A DNA stretch of 64,000 nucleotides from Patellaria atrata CBS 101060 (lineage: Eukaryota). Under the pieces are notes generated by a model. That model was not told the DNA's origin, searched no databases, and was given only the letters and a program-made list of their open reading frames with translations. Every line of letters starts with the position of its first letter. Position 1 is the stretch's first letter. The stretch spans positions 128,123 through 192,122 of the forward strand of contig MU006102.1 of NCBI GenBank assembly GCA_010093705.1. Reading direction: 5' to 3'. Positions 11,406 to 24,828 of the stretch are shown here, piece after piece. A program made the translations under genes and the position numbers.

Positions 11406-12630
11406 TTGAGGACATTGTGCTATCTATGCTGCTACTACAAGCAGGTGATATTGAGTAACGTCGAAGCTAAGCCGCAGTAAGGTATCCATAGGAGCTTGAT
11501 ATAGACTTGATGACTATAGTGACTTCTGATCACTCAAACACTTCAGAAACTGAAAGGCTGACTATTTCTTGACATGATCTTGAGGGTCATGGTGTCCCTC
11601 CTGAAGATACCCACCCACCGGCACCTTGCTCTATTGGGATTGCCATGTTGGTATGGAAGGCCTGGGCTCAAAATGTAGCCTTTCATCATTGGCGTCACAT
11701 ACACAGACTAGGAATGTCGAACATATTTGATTTACGCTTATCTATTTGTGTACCATGGTGGAGTAGGAGAGGAAGATGGGTATGTTCCATTATGACGTGT
11801 GTAGGATAGATCTCTGCTGGTAACAGCATATTTTCATGCATGTTTACAATGCATGATAGATATCCCGATATAATACTTCATAGGTTTGTCATCAACCTTT
11901 TCGGGGTTTTATCGGCACTTGAGTTTCGATAGAAAGAGTTAAGTGGGAGGCATCGTCTCAACCTAAGCACATTCTGAAATTGACGGAAGCTCGGGTATGC
12001 CATTTCAATTGATGAAGTAGCTATTATAAGGATTCCTACCACAATTGACATCGAATTGTTTATCTTTATCAGTTCTGCTTGTGACGTGATCAGTCTGATA
12101 AGGTGTTAACTAAGGTACCTTATAATATCCCAAAAGCAGAAAAAGAGATAAAGAGTAAGGGCGGGGACAAATTTTCCATGATATCGATAATATTTTGATC
12201 TGTTAACTCCAAGCTACAGTAACACCAATTGAAGTTTTAGTTCTAACGTTAATATTAATCTTCTGTCAAAAAAATCGACAGAAAATTTCTGTGTGTGCAT
12301 GATATATTTCTGATGCAAGGCGTGCATGGAGAGAAATGCAGCGATAGATCTACATGAGGCCGAGATGACTTGCCAACGAAATGATTGGTTGTCAACTAGA
12401 TAAAAGAAAAAACTGTTGCATCTTTCCATCTAAAACAGCTTAGCTTCTTTATGACGCTAGAATTTCGTTCAAAACCCACCAGAGTTGCCCACCTCACCAA
12501 CTCACCACCTCAAAATCTCCACCCACAATCTTTCTTTGCACACTCGATATCTTCTGTTCACTTGCACCAATTCTTGAGGCTACTGCCTCCAATACCCTAT
12601 AACTGAACGTCCGCATAATCTCCAGCGTCT

Positions 12631-12934
12631 ATGCCCGGACGTGCTGCTACTGTTTTCACGAGTCAGGGTAAGCCATCTCTTCCATTATCATCTCCAATGT
12701 GTCATTCATGATAAGATTTGACTCCGGGCTTCAACGCAACGATAGCATATCCCTTTACTTTAACCTACATCGTAGACGACATCATGGCTAACTATATTAT
12801 TATAGATTATATTTCTGGTACGCTCTTTGTCCTTGTTTCACATCAGGACTCACCCTCGTGATCTAATGCTATCCAACTCAAACATGCTAACTAACCACTC
12901 TTTAGACCACCTCTGGAAAGCTTCTGGAAATTAA
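12631..12934 (+). CDS. Arginine attenuator peptide (AAP) uORF, 3 exons: 12631-12667, 12806-12817, 12906-12934
   Basis: Spliced product MPGRAATVFTSQDYISDHLWKASGN* (25 aa); introns gtaagc..gctaac..tag and gtacgc..ctaac..tag; matches the fungal AAP core (F/Y)T(S/C)QDY(I/L)SDH(L/I)W; ends 60 nt before the CPA1 ATG. Confidence 0.95.
12660..12724. promoter_or_regulatory. Candidate Gcn4/CpcA (cross-pathway control) sites in the CPA1 leader
   Basis: GAGTCA 12660-12665, ATGTGTCAT 12697-12705 (one mismatch to ATGAGTCAT), TGACTC 12719-12724. Confidence 0.5.
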
Positions 12935-12994
12935 ACGAAGCCTTAGCATTATACAAATCCAATCTGGTCTATCCAAGACCACTTTACACACACG

Positions 12995-14431
12995 ATGCTA
13001 TTCAAACTCGTCAAGCCAACGGCATTCAAGCCGATCGCGCCGTTGAGGGGATTGCCCAAAATCGGAGCACAAGCCCGCTACTTAGCTACCGTCCATAATG
13101 GACAACCAGGTGACTTCAGGGGACGAAAGGCTACCACGTCTTCGGAACGAGCCACCTTAACTATCAGGAATTGCCCCAATATTTTCTCTGGAAAGTCCTT
13201 TGGTGCGAAAACGAACGTATCTGGCGAGGCTGTGTTTACAACTTCCTTGGTTGGGTATCCAGAGTCGATGACCGATCCATCGTATCGAGGTCAAATTCTG
13301 GTATTCACACAGCCTCTTATCGGCAATTACGGTGTGCCCTCCGCCGACAGGGATGAATTCGGCCTACTCCGTTGGTTCGAATCTCCAAATATTCAGGCAG
13401 CTGGTATCATCGTTGCCGATGTTGCTGCCCAGCACAGCCATTGGACCGCTGTTGAAGGGCTTGGTGATTGGTGTGCAAGGGAGGGTGTTCCAGCAGTTAC
13501 TGGTGTCGACACTCGTGCCATTGTGACCTATCTTCGAGAACAGGGTTCGTCTCTGGCCCGTATCACCATCGGAGAGGAATATGATGCCGATGAGGATGAG
13601 GCGTTTGTTGATCCAGAGTCTATTAACCTTGTGCGCAGGGTGAGCACCAAAGCCCCGTTCCACATCCCATCACCCAATGGTGATATGCACGTTGCATTGA
13701 TCGATTGTGGCGTCAAAGAGAACATCATCAGAAGCATCGTTAAACGTGGTGCCAGCGTTACATGCTTTCCATACGATTATCCCATTCACAAGATTGCTCA
13801 CCACTTCGACGGTGTATTCATCTCGAATGGGCCTGGAGACCCTACCCACTGCCAAGAAACCGTATATCATCTTCGTAAATTGATGGACACTTCACAAATT
13901 CCTGTCATGGGCATCTGTCTAGGTCATCAGTTGTTAGCTTTAGCGACTGGAGCTAGGACTACAAAGCTGCTATATGGAAATCGGGCCCATAATATCCCCG
14001 CTTTGGACCTTACAACCGGGCGTTGCCACATTACTAGTCAGAATCACGGTTACGCCGTGGATGCCAGTACTCTTCATCCCGATTTTAAAGAGTATTTCGT
14101 GAACTTGAATGACAGCAGCAATGAAGGCATGATTCACAAGTCTCGCCCTATTTTCAGCACGCAGTTCCATCCAGAGGCAAAAGGAGGTCCATTGGATTCC
14201 TCTTACCTCTTCGATGCGTACATTGAGAACGTCAAGGTCTACAAGGACAGTTTGCGTAATCTAGAGCCGAATCGTGATAGTCGACCTAGTCCCCTCTTGA
14301 TTGATCTCCTATCCAAGGAGAGGGTTGGTGTAGCGCCTAGGATCCCCCAGTATCGGGAGCATGCGGAGAAGGCGGATGTTATAGCGGCAGTAGGAAGCTC
14401 AGCTACACAGATGGCTGCTACTGCTGCTTGA
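12995..14431 (+). CDS. CPA1: Arginine-specific carbamoyl-phosphate synthase small (glutaminase) subunit, mitochondrial (arg-2)
   Basis: [40 protein letters not shown] (catalytic Cys), [14 protein letters not shown]; basic N-terminal presequence. Confidence 0.97.
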   Translation: MLFKLVKPTAFKPIAPLRGLPKIGAQARYLATVHNGQPGDFRGRKATTSSERATLTIRNCPNIFSGKSFGAKTNVSGEAVFTTSLVGYPESMTDPSYRGQILVFTQPLIGNYGVPSADRDEFGLLRWFESPNIQAAGIIVADVAAQHSHWTAVEGLGDWCAREGVPAVTGVDTRAIVTYLREQGSSLARITIGEEYDADEDEAFVDPESINLVRRVSTKAPFHIPSPNGDMHVALIDCGVKENIIRSIVKRGASVTCFPYDYPIHKIAHHFDGVFISNGPGDPTHCQETVYHLRKLMDTSQIPVMGICLGHQLLALATGARTTKLLYGNRAHNIPALDLTTGRCHITSQNHGYAVDASTLHPDFKEYFVNLNDSSNEGMIHKSRPIFSTQFHPEAKGGPLDSSYLFDAYIENVKVYKDSLRNLEPNRDSRPSPLLIDLLSKERVGVAPRIPQYREHAEKADVIAAVGSSATQMAATAA

Positions 14432-15133
14432 ATGCTATATGATATCATTGGGGGTGGACTTAGTTATGCAATGGGAAATCTGGGAGGTGTTTCTGGTTTC
14501 ATATTCATAGTCAATACGGTAATTAGCTTCAAATTTCAATACAGATGTTAATCATGTTCGCAAGTGATATTGCCGTATTGTCGCGCGTTCAGGGGTCATC
14601 TCAAGGAAAATATATATGGGAAAGGCGCAGGAACTTGGAATGTTGGCAGTATCTATCTAACAGTACACCTTGGGATTAAGAAGGTACCGCTAGCGAAAAA
14701 GACTGCTCGTTGTTCTGGGCACCTTGTAATGGTCAAAAACTCATGAGAAGGAGTATGTGACGATAAGGATTGATGCCGGTGGAGTTGTTATATTGGGGGG
14801 TGTACTTTTTGTCTACGTGAGCTTTCATTTTTGCACTTATTGTTGGATCGAGATGATATACTACAAAATGATATCATTATATGTTGTGGAGCTCTATAAC
14901 CCAGTATGATTTCCTATCATAGAGTCTACGGAAATGAAATGGATAATATTCCACAGCAGTATCCAGTATTATTGGGAAGAGAAAAACGGGAGGTTCGACA
15001 AATCTACAGAAATTTTATAAGGTGTTCGTAATCACGTGCGTGGGATATCTTGGCGTTTCTTTAGCCGTCAACTCGAACTTTTTATTTCGAAGTATCTAAT
15101 CTCCATTCGCGATCCCCAAACAAGTGTAATGAG

Positions 15134-16306
15134 ATGAGCGTGCAGAGGAGCACAAGGCAATTTGCTTCAAGATCTTGTGAATTTTCTATCCAAACAACCA
15201 ATCGATCAAAATACTGACACTTTTCCAGTTTGGTCATCCCTATCACAGAACCCATCAATATGTACCTCCTGCCTAGTCACCATCTCACAACGACGGCACG
15301 CATCTGCCACCGCCGTCGCAATCGCAGAAGATAACTCAACCCCTCCGCAAACCACCCACATCCCCCCGGTCTCCGAAGCAGCCTCACCCAAAACCGCCTA
15401 CCAGCTCCGCGCCGGCGTCGTCCTCTCCCGCCCCCCCCAGATAACCCGCGACCTCACACCGTTCGAGAAATCTTTCTTCCTCTACCAGCGTCGGTTGAAC
15501 GAACGTCTCGCCCTCCCCTTCACCCGCTACTTCTACTTCAAAAAGGACACGCCGGCCGATGTGGATTGGAAGCGCAAGATTAAGACGCGGCTGACGCCGG
15601 CGAGGGATATCGGCGTGTATAATCCGTATAGCAAGGAGGGATGGCATGATGAGTTGTTGGTTGGGGATAGAACCAGCGAGGTGGAGAGTCAGGTGGAGGC
15701 GTTGTTGAAGGATGCGGAGGTCGAGGCGGTGGGAGATAAGGATGCTCAAGAACAGGAGCAAGTAGGGGGGGGAAAGAAGGAGGCTGTGGAACGTCCGATG
15801 CCGAGGGAAACGGAAGCGGATCGGAAGGGAGATGTGAGGAGTTTAGATCGGAAGTTGGCAAGGACGTTGTACTTGTTGGTGAAGGATAAAACGGGGAGGT
15901 GGTGTTTTCCCAGCGATCGACTCGTGGGGAAGGAGATTCTGCATCTGGTCAGTTGGTTGGGTTCGATTGGATCTGACGGTGTGGCTAATGTTGTTTGTTA
16001 TAGGCTGCGGAGAGGATTATTGTCCAAGCTGGAGGGATCAATATGAACACCTGGGTCGTGGGCAATGCTCCAGTTGGACACTACAGTCGCCCCTTCAGGA
16101 CCCCGGTCGTTGATTCCGCGAAGGGCATCGAAGAGTTAGGCGAGAAGGTTTTCTTCATGAAGGCACGCATACTGGCTGGGCAAGCGAACTTGAAAGAGAA
16201 CGCCCTGGAACTGACGGATTTCCAGTGGTTGGCGAAGGAGGAGATTGAGGGCATCGTGACGCCGGAGTATTGGAGCGATGTTAAGAACATGCTAGCGACG
16301 CGGTAG
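15134..16306 (+). CDS. MRPL17: Mitochondrial large-subunit ribosomal protein mL46 (54S L17), 3 exons
   Basis: ATG 15134 MSVQRSTRQFASR; introns about 15177-15228 and 15948-16003; LSRPPQIT, PRETEADRKGDVRSLDRKLARTLYLLV, NTWVVGNAPVGH, KVFFMKARILAG. Confidence 0.88.
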
Positions 16307-16670
16307 ATGCTGTGATATAATGGGGTTAGGATGGGAAGGAAAATATTGTAGATTATTGTAGAAAAGAAATTTGTATTATTCGCATATGATCAACATCATA
16401 TCTTTCTGGCATTGTTACATCGTCTGTGGCTGAATGTAGGCGTATAGCAGAACCATATGCCTTGGGACTTGGCTGTACAGCCTCATGGCGTGTTTGCTCG
16501 CCAGTATGCCATGAGTGTACAGCAATCGTACCGTACAATCTCCTATAAACTCCCAACCCTAGCCAAAATATGATCCATTCTTTCACCCAACGCCGTCGCT
16601 ATGCATCGCACTCACCATTAACCCCATAGCCCATAACTCTATCCGTACCAAATGCTCTAACCTTTTTCCG

Positions 16671-17077
16671 CTACTTGTTTGAAAACTTCTGGCCCTCCAC
16701 AACCAGTGCCTTGCTAGAAGCCTTACTCATGTTCTTCCCGCAAATCGTGCACGCATTCTTGCTATATGCGCATCGTTGACAAAACTTGTGGCCCTGGGTC
16801 GTCCGGGTCTTGCATCCGTCGCAGTTACTGGAGATTTGTAATAATGGGTTTTTGGCGGGTTTGGTGAGGAGCTTGCTCTACGGATCGTCGTGTTAGCTCC
16901 GTGGCCTCGATTACGAGGAGGAACCTATGGAGGGGATCATACCTTGCTGACACCCGTGGTGCCCAAGGTTGGCCCTTTTCCAGCGCTGGGGAGGGTGTAG
17001 CTGTCTGTTTTCTTCTTTACGGCGGGTGTTGCGAGTTGGGTGCGTTGTTGGTTCTTTGCGCATTTGGTGCAGACCAT
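16671..17077 (-). CDS. CRIPT family cysteine-rich PDZ-binding protein, 2 exons (17077-16943, 16877-16671); absent from the ORF track
   Basis: MVCTKCAK...LATP...GVSK / SKLLTKPAKNP...CDGCK...FCQRCAYSKNACTICGK...*, 113 aa; intron gtatga..gctaac..tag. Confidence 0.9.
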
Positions 17078-17661
17078 TATGGACGCAGAAGGGGCTTTGG
17101 GCGGTGGATCTTGTGGAGATATTGTGCGATTTCTTCTACGAGGATGGTGACGGTCGGTTTTGTGGTGTTTCTGTACAGATATTCTACACCTTGAAATGAC
17201 GAAGTAGTGTCCGTCCGAGCTTCACGCCGCGCCTCTCCCTCCTTCAGCACTCCAGGTCCCCGTCAGGGTCTTGGCATTGAACCCTAACATCTTTCTGGCA
17301 GACTAACTACACTTGCTTGTCACCAATTTGACCTTGTTTACGAAACTCCCCCGAGAATGCGTTAAGATACTTTCTTTCTCCAAATCGCGCCTAGAGCCCG
17401 TAACTCAAACGTCCCTCCTTGGATCCCTCCGAGATCCCACAGCTCGTGTTTGAAACTCGAAACTAGTAAGCTTGGAGGCTGTGTCTGCAAACCGCATCAC
17501 CACTTTATTTTAGGATACCAAGGTTCCACAGCGATACGTATACGCAATACTTGATACAAAGCAAGAGTGAACTGGCGTCTTTCGGTCCCTTCTTTTCTGG
17601 ATGATTCGGCCGCCTTCACCCTTTGTCGAGCGATCGATTCAAAGAAAAGCACCCGGCGGGA

Positions 17662-20600
17662 ATGGCAGGTAGGCCGCAAGGAGGTCATACCTCTGGAAAC
17701 AGTTACAATGAGGACCTCCTCCTAGACTTGGATGATTCTCGACCTACATATTATTCTGGGCAACGACCGCCTACGAATGATGAGGACCTGTTACGGCAGT
17801 ATGATATAGACGATTCAGATAATGCGCTCCAGCACCGGCCATCGATATCTTATGATAACTTTGTTGGAGGAAGAGCACCTCCTCCGGGTCTCCCTGGTGG
17901 GCCTGGCGCTCCACCCACAGGCCCTTCACCATACATGTCTTCGGACCGAGGGAGGGCATATTCGCAGACTTCGGACCTTCACAATTACCAGCGCTATTCA
18001 GACGCGGATAACTTTCCCGAGGATGATCAGTCTATGCAAGGATATTATGCGGCAGGGGGGATTCCGGATCCAGAAACATCTGGAATTGGGCGTTCTGGGA
18101 CGAAATCGAAGAATAGGAATAGTATTATGAGTTTAGGGGGCGGTTTGATGGGGAGGGTTAAAAATCAGCTGGGGATGGGGCCAGAATACTCAGAGATGGA
18201 CGTTCCTTTGCGGGAAGCAGGCGCACGACCGGATAGTGGAGTAGCCTCAGTGGGATCGAAAAAGAAATTTGATGCGGGCAAATTCAAGTTTGGCTTTGGT
18301 GGAGGGAAACCAGACCCCTCGACTCTAGGACCCCGGATCATACATTTGAACAACCCACCTGCCAATTCCGCGAACAAATACGTGGACAATCATATCTCTA
18401 CCGCCAAGTACAACTTCGCTACCTTCCTCCCCAAATTTCTCTTCGAACAGTTCTCAAAATACGCTAACTTGTTCTTCTTGTTTACCGCAATCCTACAACA
18501 AATCCCTAATATTTCACCGACCAATAGATATACCACCATTGTCCCACTTGGAATAGTGTTGATGGTGTCAGCTATCAAAGAATATGTCGAAGACTGGCGG
18601 CGGAAGGTTTCGGATCAAAGTTTGAATAACTCGAAGGCGCGTGTGCTGAAGGGATCTACTTTTCAAGATACTAAATGGATCAATGTGGCCGTCGGCGATA
18701 TCATTCGAGTTGAATCCGAGGAACCCTTTCCAGCGGACATAGTGCTTCTAGCTAGCTCGGAACCGGAAGGTCTTTGCTATATTGAAACCGCAAATTTAGA
18801 CGGAGAAACAAATTTAAAGATCAAGCAGGCAATTCCGGAAACCGCAAATCTAGTAAGTTCCAGTGAGCTCGGCAGACTTGGTGGCAGAATCCGTTCGGAG
18901 CAACCGAATAGTAGTCTGTATACGTATGAAGCTACTTTGAAGATGCAGCAGGGAGGTGGTGAGAGGGAACTTCCTCTTGCCCCTGATCAATTGCTGCTAA
19001 GAGGAGCGACCCTTCGTAATACACCGTGGATCCATGGTGTAGTTGTTTTCACTGGTCATCAAACAAAACTCATGCGAAATGCAACGGCAACACCTATCAA
19101 GAAAACAGCCGTCGAGAGAATGGTCAACAGGCAGATTCTTATGCTTGGTGCTATTCTTATTAGCTTAAGTCTCATCAGTTCTATCGGCGATCTTATAATT
19201 AGACAGACAGCTAGCCACAAGCTTGCGTATCTGTACTATGGGGCAAATAATGTTCCGAAACAGTTCTTTTCGGATATCTTCACCTACTGGGTTTTATATT
19301 CTAATCTTGTACCCATTTCTCTTTTCGTCACGATCGAGATCGTAAAGTACTACCAAGCTTATCTCATCGATTCTGACTTGGATATCTATTATGATAAAAC
19401 GGATACACCTGCTAACTGTCGCACTTCTTCCCTTGTCGAAGAGCTAGGTCAGATTGAGTACATCTTCTCAGATAAGACTGGAACGCTTACTTGCAATATG
19501 ATGGAATTCAGACAATGTTCAATAGCGGGCATTCAATATGGCGAGGATGTGCCTGAAGATCGAAGGGCAACCACTCAAGACGGGATGGAAGTTGGTATAC
19601 ATGACTTTAAGAAGCTAAGCGAGAACCTCAAAAGTCATCAAAGCCGCGAAGTTATTAACCAGTTCTTGACGCTCTTATCGACTTGTCATACGGTTATTCC
19701 TGAGAAGAAAGGCGAAAAGTTGGAAGACATCAAGTATCAAGCTGCCTCCCCGGACGAAGGAGCATTGGTAGAAGGCGCCGTTATGTTGGGATACCGATTC
19801 ATTGCTAGAAAGCCTCGTGCGGTAACCATTCTAGTGGATGGCAGGGAACAAGACTTTGAACTGCTTGCCGTTTGCGAATTCAATTCTACCAGGAAGAGGA
19901 TGTCAACAATCTTCAGATGTCCAGATGGTAGGATAAGATGTTACTGCAAGGGTGCAGATACGGTCATTTTGGAGCGACTACATAAAGACAACTCCATTGT
20001 CGAAACGACACTCCAGCATCTAGAAGAATATGCTGCTGATGGTCTGCGGACGCTATGTTTGGCCATGAGAGAAATTCCAGAGTCCGAGTTTCAAGAATGG
20101 TGGAAGGTTTTCAACACTGCGCAAACAACTGTTGGTGGTAATCGTGCGGAAGAGCTTGACAAAGCTGCTGAGATTATTGAACACAATTTTACGCTTCTTG
20201 GTGCTACCGCTATTGAAGATAAGCTTCAAGATGGAGTCCCCGATACCATCCATACTCTACAGACTGCTGGTATTAAAGTATGGGTCTTGACCGGCGATAG
20301 GCAAGAGACTGCCATCAATATTGGCATGAGTTGTAAACTTATTAGTGAGGATATGACGCTGCTTATTGTCAATGAAGATAATGCCGTAGATACGCGACAA
20401 AATCTAGAGAAGAAGCTCAATGCAATCAGAAGTCAGACGGCCGGTGGGATTGAGATGGAAACACTAGCGCTTGTTATTGATGGAAAATCTCTCACTTTTG
20501 CTCTAGAGAGGGATATGGAAAAGATGTTTCTTGATTTGGCTATTATGTGTAAGGCGGTTATCTGCTGGTAAGGTGCCTGAAATTACCCCTTCGTTCCATA

Positions 20601-21916
20601 ACTGACAATCATAGTCGTGTTTCCCCGCTCCAAAAAGCCCTCGTGGTAAAACTCGTCAAGCGCCATCTCAAAGCAATCCTCCTCGCCATTGGAGACGGCG
20701 CGAACGACGTCTCCATGATCCAAGCCGCCCATGTTGGCGTCGGCATCAGCGGCGTAGAAGGTCTTCAAGCGGCTCGCAGCGCAGACGTTGCCATCGGTCA
20801 ATTCCGCTACCTGCGTAAATTACTCCTTGTTCACGGCTCATGGAGCTACCAACGCGTCAGCAAAGTAATCCTCTACTCCTTTTACAAGAACATTGCTCTA
20901 TTTATGACTCAGTTTTGGTTCTCATTCCAGAACAGCTTTTCAGGACAGGTCATCTACGAGTCGTGGACATTATCATTTTATAACGTCTTCTTTACTGTAT
21001 TGCCGCCATTTGTCCTGGGTATTTTTGATCAGTTTGTTAGTGCGAGGCTGTTAGATAGATATCCACAGCTTTATCAGTTGAGTCAGAAGGGAGTATTCTT
21101 CAAGATGCACTCTTTCTTCTCCTGGATCGCGAACGGCTTCTACCATTCTCTCATCCTTTACTTCGTCTCAGAGCTCATCTGGTGGTCCGATCTACAGCAG
21201 TCGGACGGCAAGATGGCGGGTCATTGGGTCTGGGGTTCCGCACTCTACACTGCGGCCCTGGCAACTGTGCTTGGCAAAGCAGCTCTTATAACTAATATCT
21301 GGACCAAGTATACCGTTGCTGCCATCCCAGGCAGTATGATCATCTGGATGGTCTTCCTACCGGTCTATGCGATTGTGGCGCCCAAGGTTGGATTGAGTGA
21401 GGAGTATGAGGGCGTTATTCCGAGATTATTTACCAGTCCGGTCTTTTGGCTTATGGGGCTAGTACTACCGCCATTGTGCTTGTTGAGAGATTTTGCGTGG
21501 AAATAGTAAGTTTGTTGCTTTAGTGTTGTCTTGTAGTAACGACGACGATGGTGAGACTAATTATTGAATAGTGCGAAACGCATGTACTATCCCCAAGCAT
21601 ACCATCATATTCAGGAGATCCAGAAGTATAACATTCAGGATTATAGACCAAGGTATGTCTGCCGTCCCTTTCTTTACCTTAACCCCGCCCGTCTCTTCAT
21701 CCTTCCCAATGTTCCAAATCATGGGGCTAAGAGGACGCAAACAGAATGGAACAATTTCAAAAAGCAATCCGCAAAGTCCGCCAAGTCCAACGCATGCGCA
21801 AGCAGCGCGGCTACGCCTTTTCTCAGACGGACGAGTCGCAAGCGCGTGTGCTTCAGGCTTACGATACTACGAAGGAGAGAGGACGGTATGGTGAGATGAC
21901 AAGTTCGAGGTGGTGA
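17662..21916 (+). CDS. DRS2: P4-ATPase phospholipid flippase Drs2 orthologue, 4 exons
   Basis: LQQIP, DGETNLK, PISLFVT, DKTGTLT, KGAD, LTGD, GDGANDVSMI; C-terminal RMRKQRGYAFSQ regulatory motif; introns 20568-20614, about 21505-21571 and about 21653-21744. Confidence 0.93.
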
Positions 21917-22651
21917 ATTGATACCTTATCTGAATTTCGCATGCTTTGTTGAGATTCTTGCGCGAAAATATCAATGTAAAATGAGAATGGGGCGTTAAGG
22001 GTCAGTAGGCTACGGGATATCCATCTTCTCATTGTACTAGAGCTTTTATGGAATATGGGAACTCCTTACTCTACTTTACTTACCGGATGGTTTTCTGCTC
22101 TGGGTCGATTTTTAAAAGCTTGCACTAGGCTTGTTACGGCGGTTCATGTATTTGGAGCGTAGAAATAGGGAATTTGATATGGTTCATCTTCTCTGCGATG
22201 AGGCCCCTGCTTTATAAGTTGAAATAAAGTTGCTTTAAAGGGTAACGCCGTGCCTTTTGTGGGATAGAACGGCCGCTTAGTGGCGTCAGAGCTTAGGTCT
22301 AGTCTACCTATAAGGTAACTTGCCATAAAATTTCAAAACTCTCTTGATATTTATTCCCTTCCTTCATCCTCGAGAAACCTGTAAAGAATATAGTCGTGGG
22401 TTCTCATTGAAAGTCACTGTTCTTCCTCTCAGACGACACCATTTCGACAACTGTTCTACCAAGCAAAAGTAACCAGCCCCAGACATTTTCAGAAAGAAAC
22501 ACGACGATAACTTTTCGAATTTCTCCAATATATCTCTGACCATTTCGCCCCAAACCCCACAAAACTTTCACATATCCTTTATTCCGTTCCAAAAATTCAA
22601 AAAAATTTAAAATTTTTTTTTTTGTAAAATCCCCATATCATCCTCCCCATC

Positions 22652-24749
22652 ATGGCATCTCCACCAAAAAGCCCCTCTGACGTTCCCTCTTCCCCCTCCA
22701 AAGAAGCAAACCAAGATGCAAACCCACACATCCTCTCCCTCCTCCACCCGGCCCAAACACCAACCCACCACCTCGCCGCCCTCACCGCCCTCCACAGCCT
22801 CCTCACCTCCCCCACTCCTCCAACCGTTCCCGCCCTCCTCACATACTGGCAGGCCCTCCCTCTCTCCTTCGTCCGGGCTCTCCTCCGCGCGAAACCGGGG
22901 CTCAAGAGGAGCGCGGACGAAGCCGCGGCGCTGCGGGCGCTGGGCATCGGGGTTTTGGGGGGGTTTAGTGCGGTCTTGGGGGTGCGGAGGGGGATGGCGG
23001 GGTTTGTGGAGGCCGTGGTGGAGGGGTTGATGCGGGAGAGGGAGTTGGAGACGGGGGAGAGGAAGGAGGTCGTGGAGATGGGGTTGAGGGTTTTGGTCGC
23101 GGTGGCGGGGACGGGGGAGGGCGCCGGGAGGTTGTTGGAGTTGGCTGGTCAGGAGACGGAGGGAAGAAATCGGGTTGATGGGTTGAGGGGCATAGTTGAG
23201 ATGGCTGTGAAGGAGGAACTGGCGCTTATGGTGTTGGAGAGGGTGGTTGTGTTTGCGTATGGTTTGGAGACGGGTCAGAGGGAAAGACGGAGGCAGGGAG
23301 ATGCGGTTATTTTGGAGCTTGTGTGGAGGTTTGAGGGATCAGATCAGACCCCGTTGTTTGCGATGCTGGAGAGAGTTTTGGGAGCTGTGGAGGTGAGTGA
23401 TGTGTTATTATATGGGAGAGAGTCATTCCTAACTACTACAGATACCCGATGAACACTCCTGGCTTAGTCCCCTCGTATCAACACTCCAGAAAGCATTCAT
23501 TCAGAAACATGGCAGCTCACGCCCTACTATTGTTTCACTTGCGGCAACGCTGTTACGGTCGCTGCCACCCTCGATTTCGCAAAACTTCCCAACAATGTTC
23601 TTTAACCAAAAGACATCTGATCCTGATACTAAGGATTACTCTTATGGCAAACCGTACCCTTACATGGTCGCCACTTACCTCCTAATCACAATTCGGAGCA
23701 CTGTCCCCTCCCTCATCGAAAACCTTGCCGCCGACACATATCTAAAAACCACCCTCTATCTCGCAGCGTGCTACGACATGCTCGGCGCTTTCATCATATA
23801 TCTTGTGTCTAATATCGACAGGATTCCGGACGAAGGACTTCCGCTAAAGCCAGACCACATTCTTTCCCTACGTAAAGATATCAGTGAGGTGATGTCCTAC
23901 ACGCTCGAATTCATCCGGGACAGATGGGACGCCTCGATAAGTGGCCTTGCGGGTCTCCATCCGGCGGCTCGACCGACACCTGAGAACAAGGGCGCGGTAG
24001 ATGATGGGTCGGGGCAGAAACGGCCGCTGAGTCTACCATGGGGGAACGTTGATGTATCGGCGCGAGGTGATCCGATCATAGTAGCCGGACTCCGGACACT
24101 AGCGCTATGGTTGCGGGATGAAGACGCGGAAGGGTTGGGGGAAGAGGTTGTGGGTGTGATGGACGTGTTGATGGATCTTTACAAAGGAGATGCAGACGCA
24201 GATGTAAGGTTAATTTCCACTGAAGCTAGTGTTGTCGGAGCTAACGATCTATAGGGCGACGATGGTTCGGCATACCGACCGGCGATCTTGATGCTCCTGG
24301 AAGCCGTTCTACGAGCAGATGCGGTAGTACAGGCTTTCTTGGAGAACAATGGTTGGACAATCCTTGCCAACGAGTTAAAAACCGCCCTTCCCATCGGAGC
24401 TCCACGCTCGGCCGACATAATACGCGCACTTCTTCTAGTTGTTGAGTCAGACAACGTCCCTCAATCAAAGGAGGAATGGTTACGTTTGGCTCCGTTCCTT
24501 GCAATCCTTGCTTCAGATATGAAGGACAAGTCATATGAAGTGTACGAGATGTACGCAGCTTCCTGGCAACTGCTGGGCGCATTGCTCGCAAAAGCTCCGA
24601 CGAGGCTGCGCAGGCAGCACAAATCTGCCATCAAAAAAATTCAACAAGAGGGCAGAAAACTGCTCGCTACCGAAAAGATACCTCTCGAAAGCGAGACCGG
24701 TTCTGCTCTGGAGGAAGCTATTGAGGGGCTTTCGGAACTCTGCATATGA
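22652..24749 (+). CDS. Neurochondrin/DUF1941-like helical-repeat protein, 3 exons
   Basis: ORFs 22652, 23595 and 24288 joined by introns about 23393-23441 and 24204-24255; IRSTVPSL, LRKDISEVMSYTLEFIRDRWDAS, LALWLRDED motifs. Confidence 0.65.
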
Positions 24750-24828
24750 CCAACTGGCAGTTGGATTCGAAGGCATTGCATCGTAGTCAAGGACTGGAAT
24801 GAATTTGATGAGTAGGAGCGTTCAGCGT

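Noticed and set aside
11501..11565. C/D-box snoRNA-like pattern (ATAG..TGATGA...CTGA CTAT)
   Set aside because: Only about 65 nt, non-purine first C-box base, and no rRNA-complementary guide that I can identify
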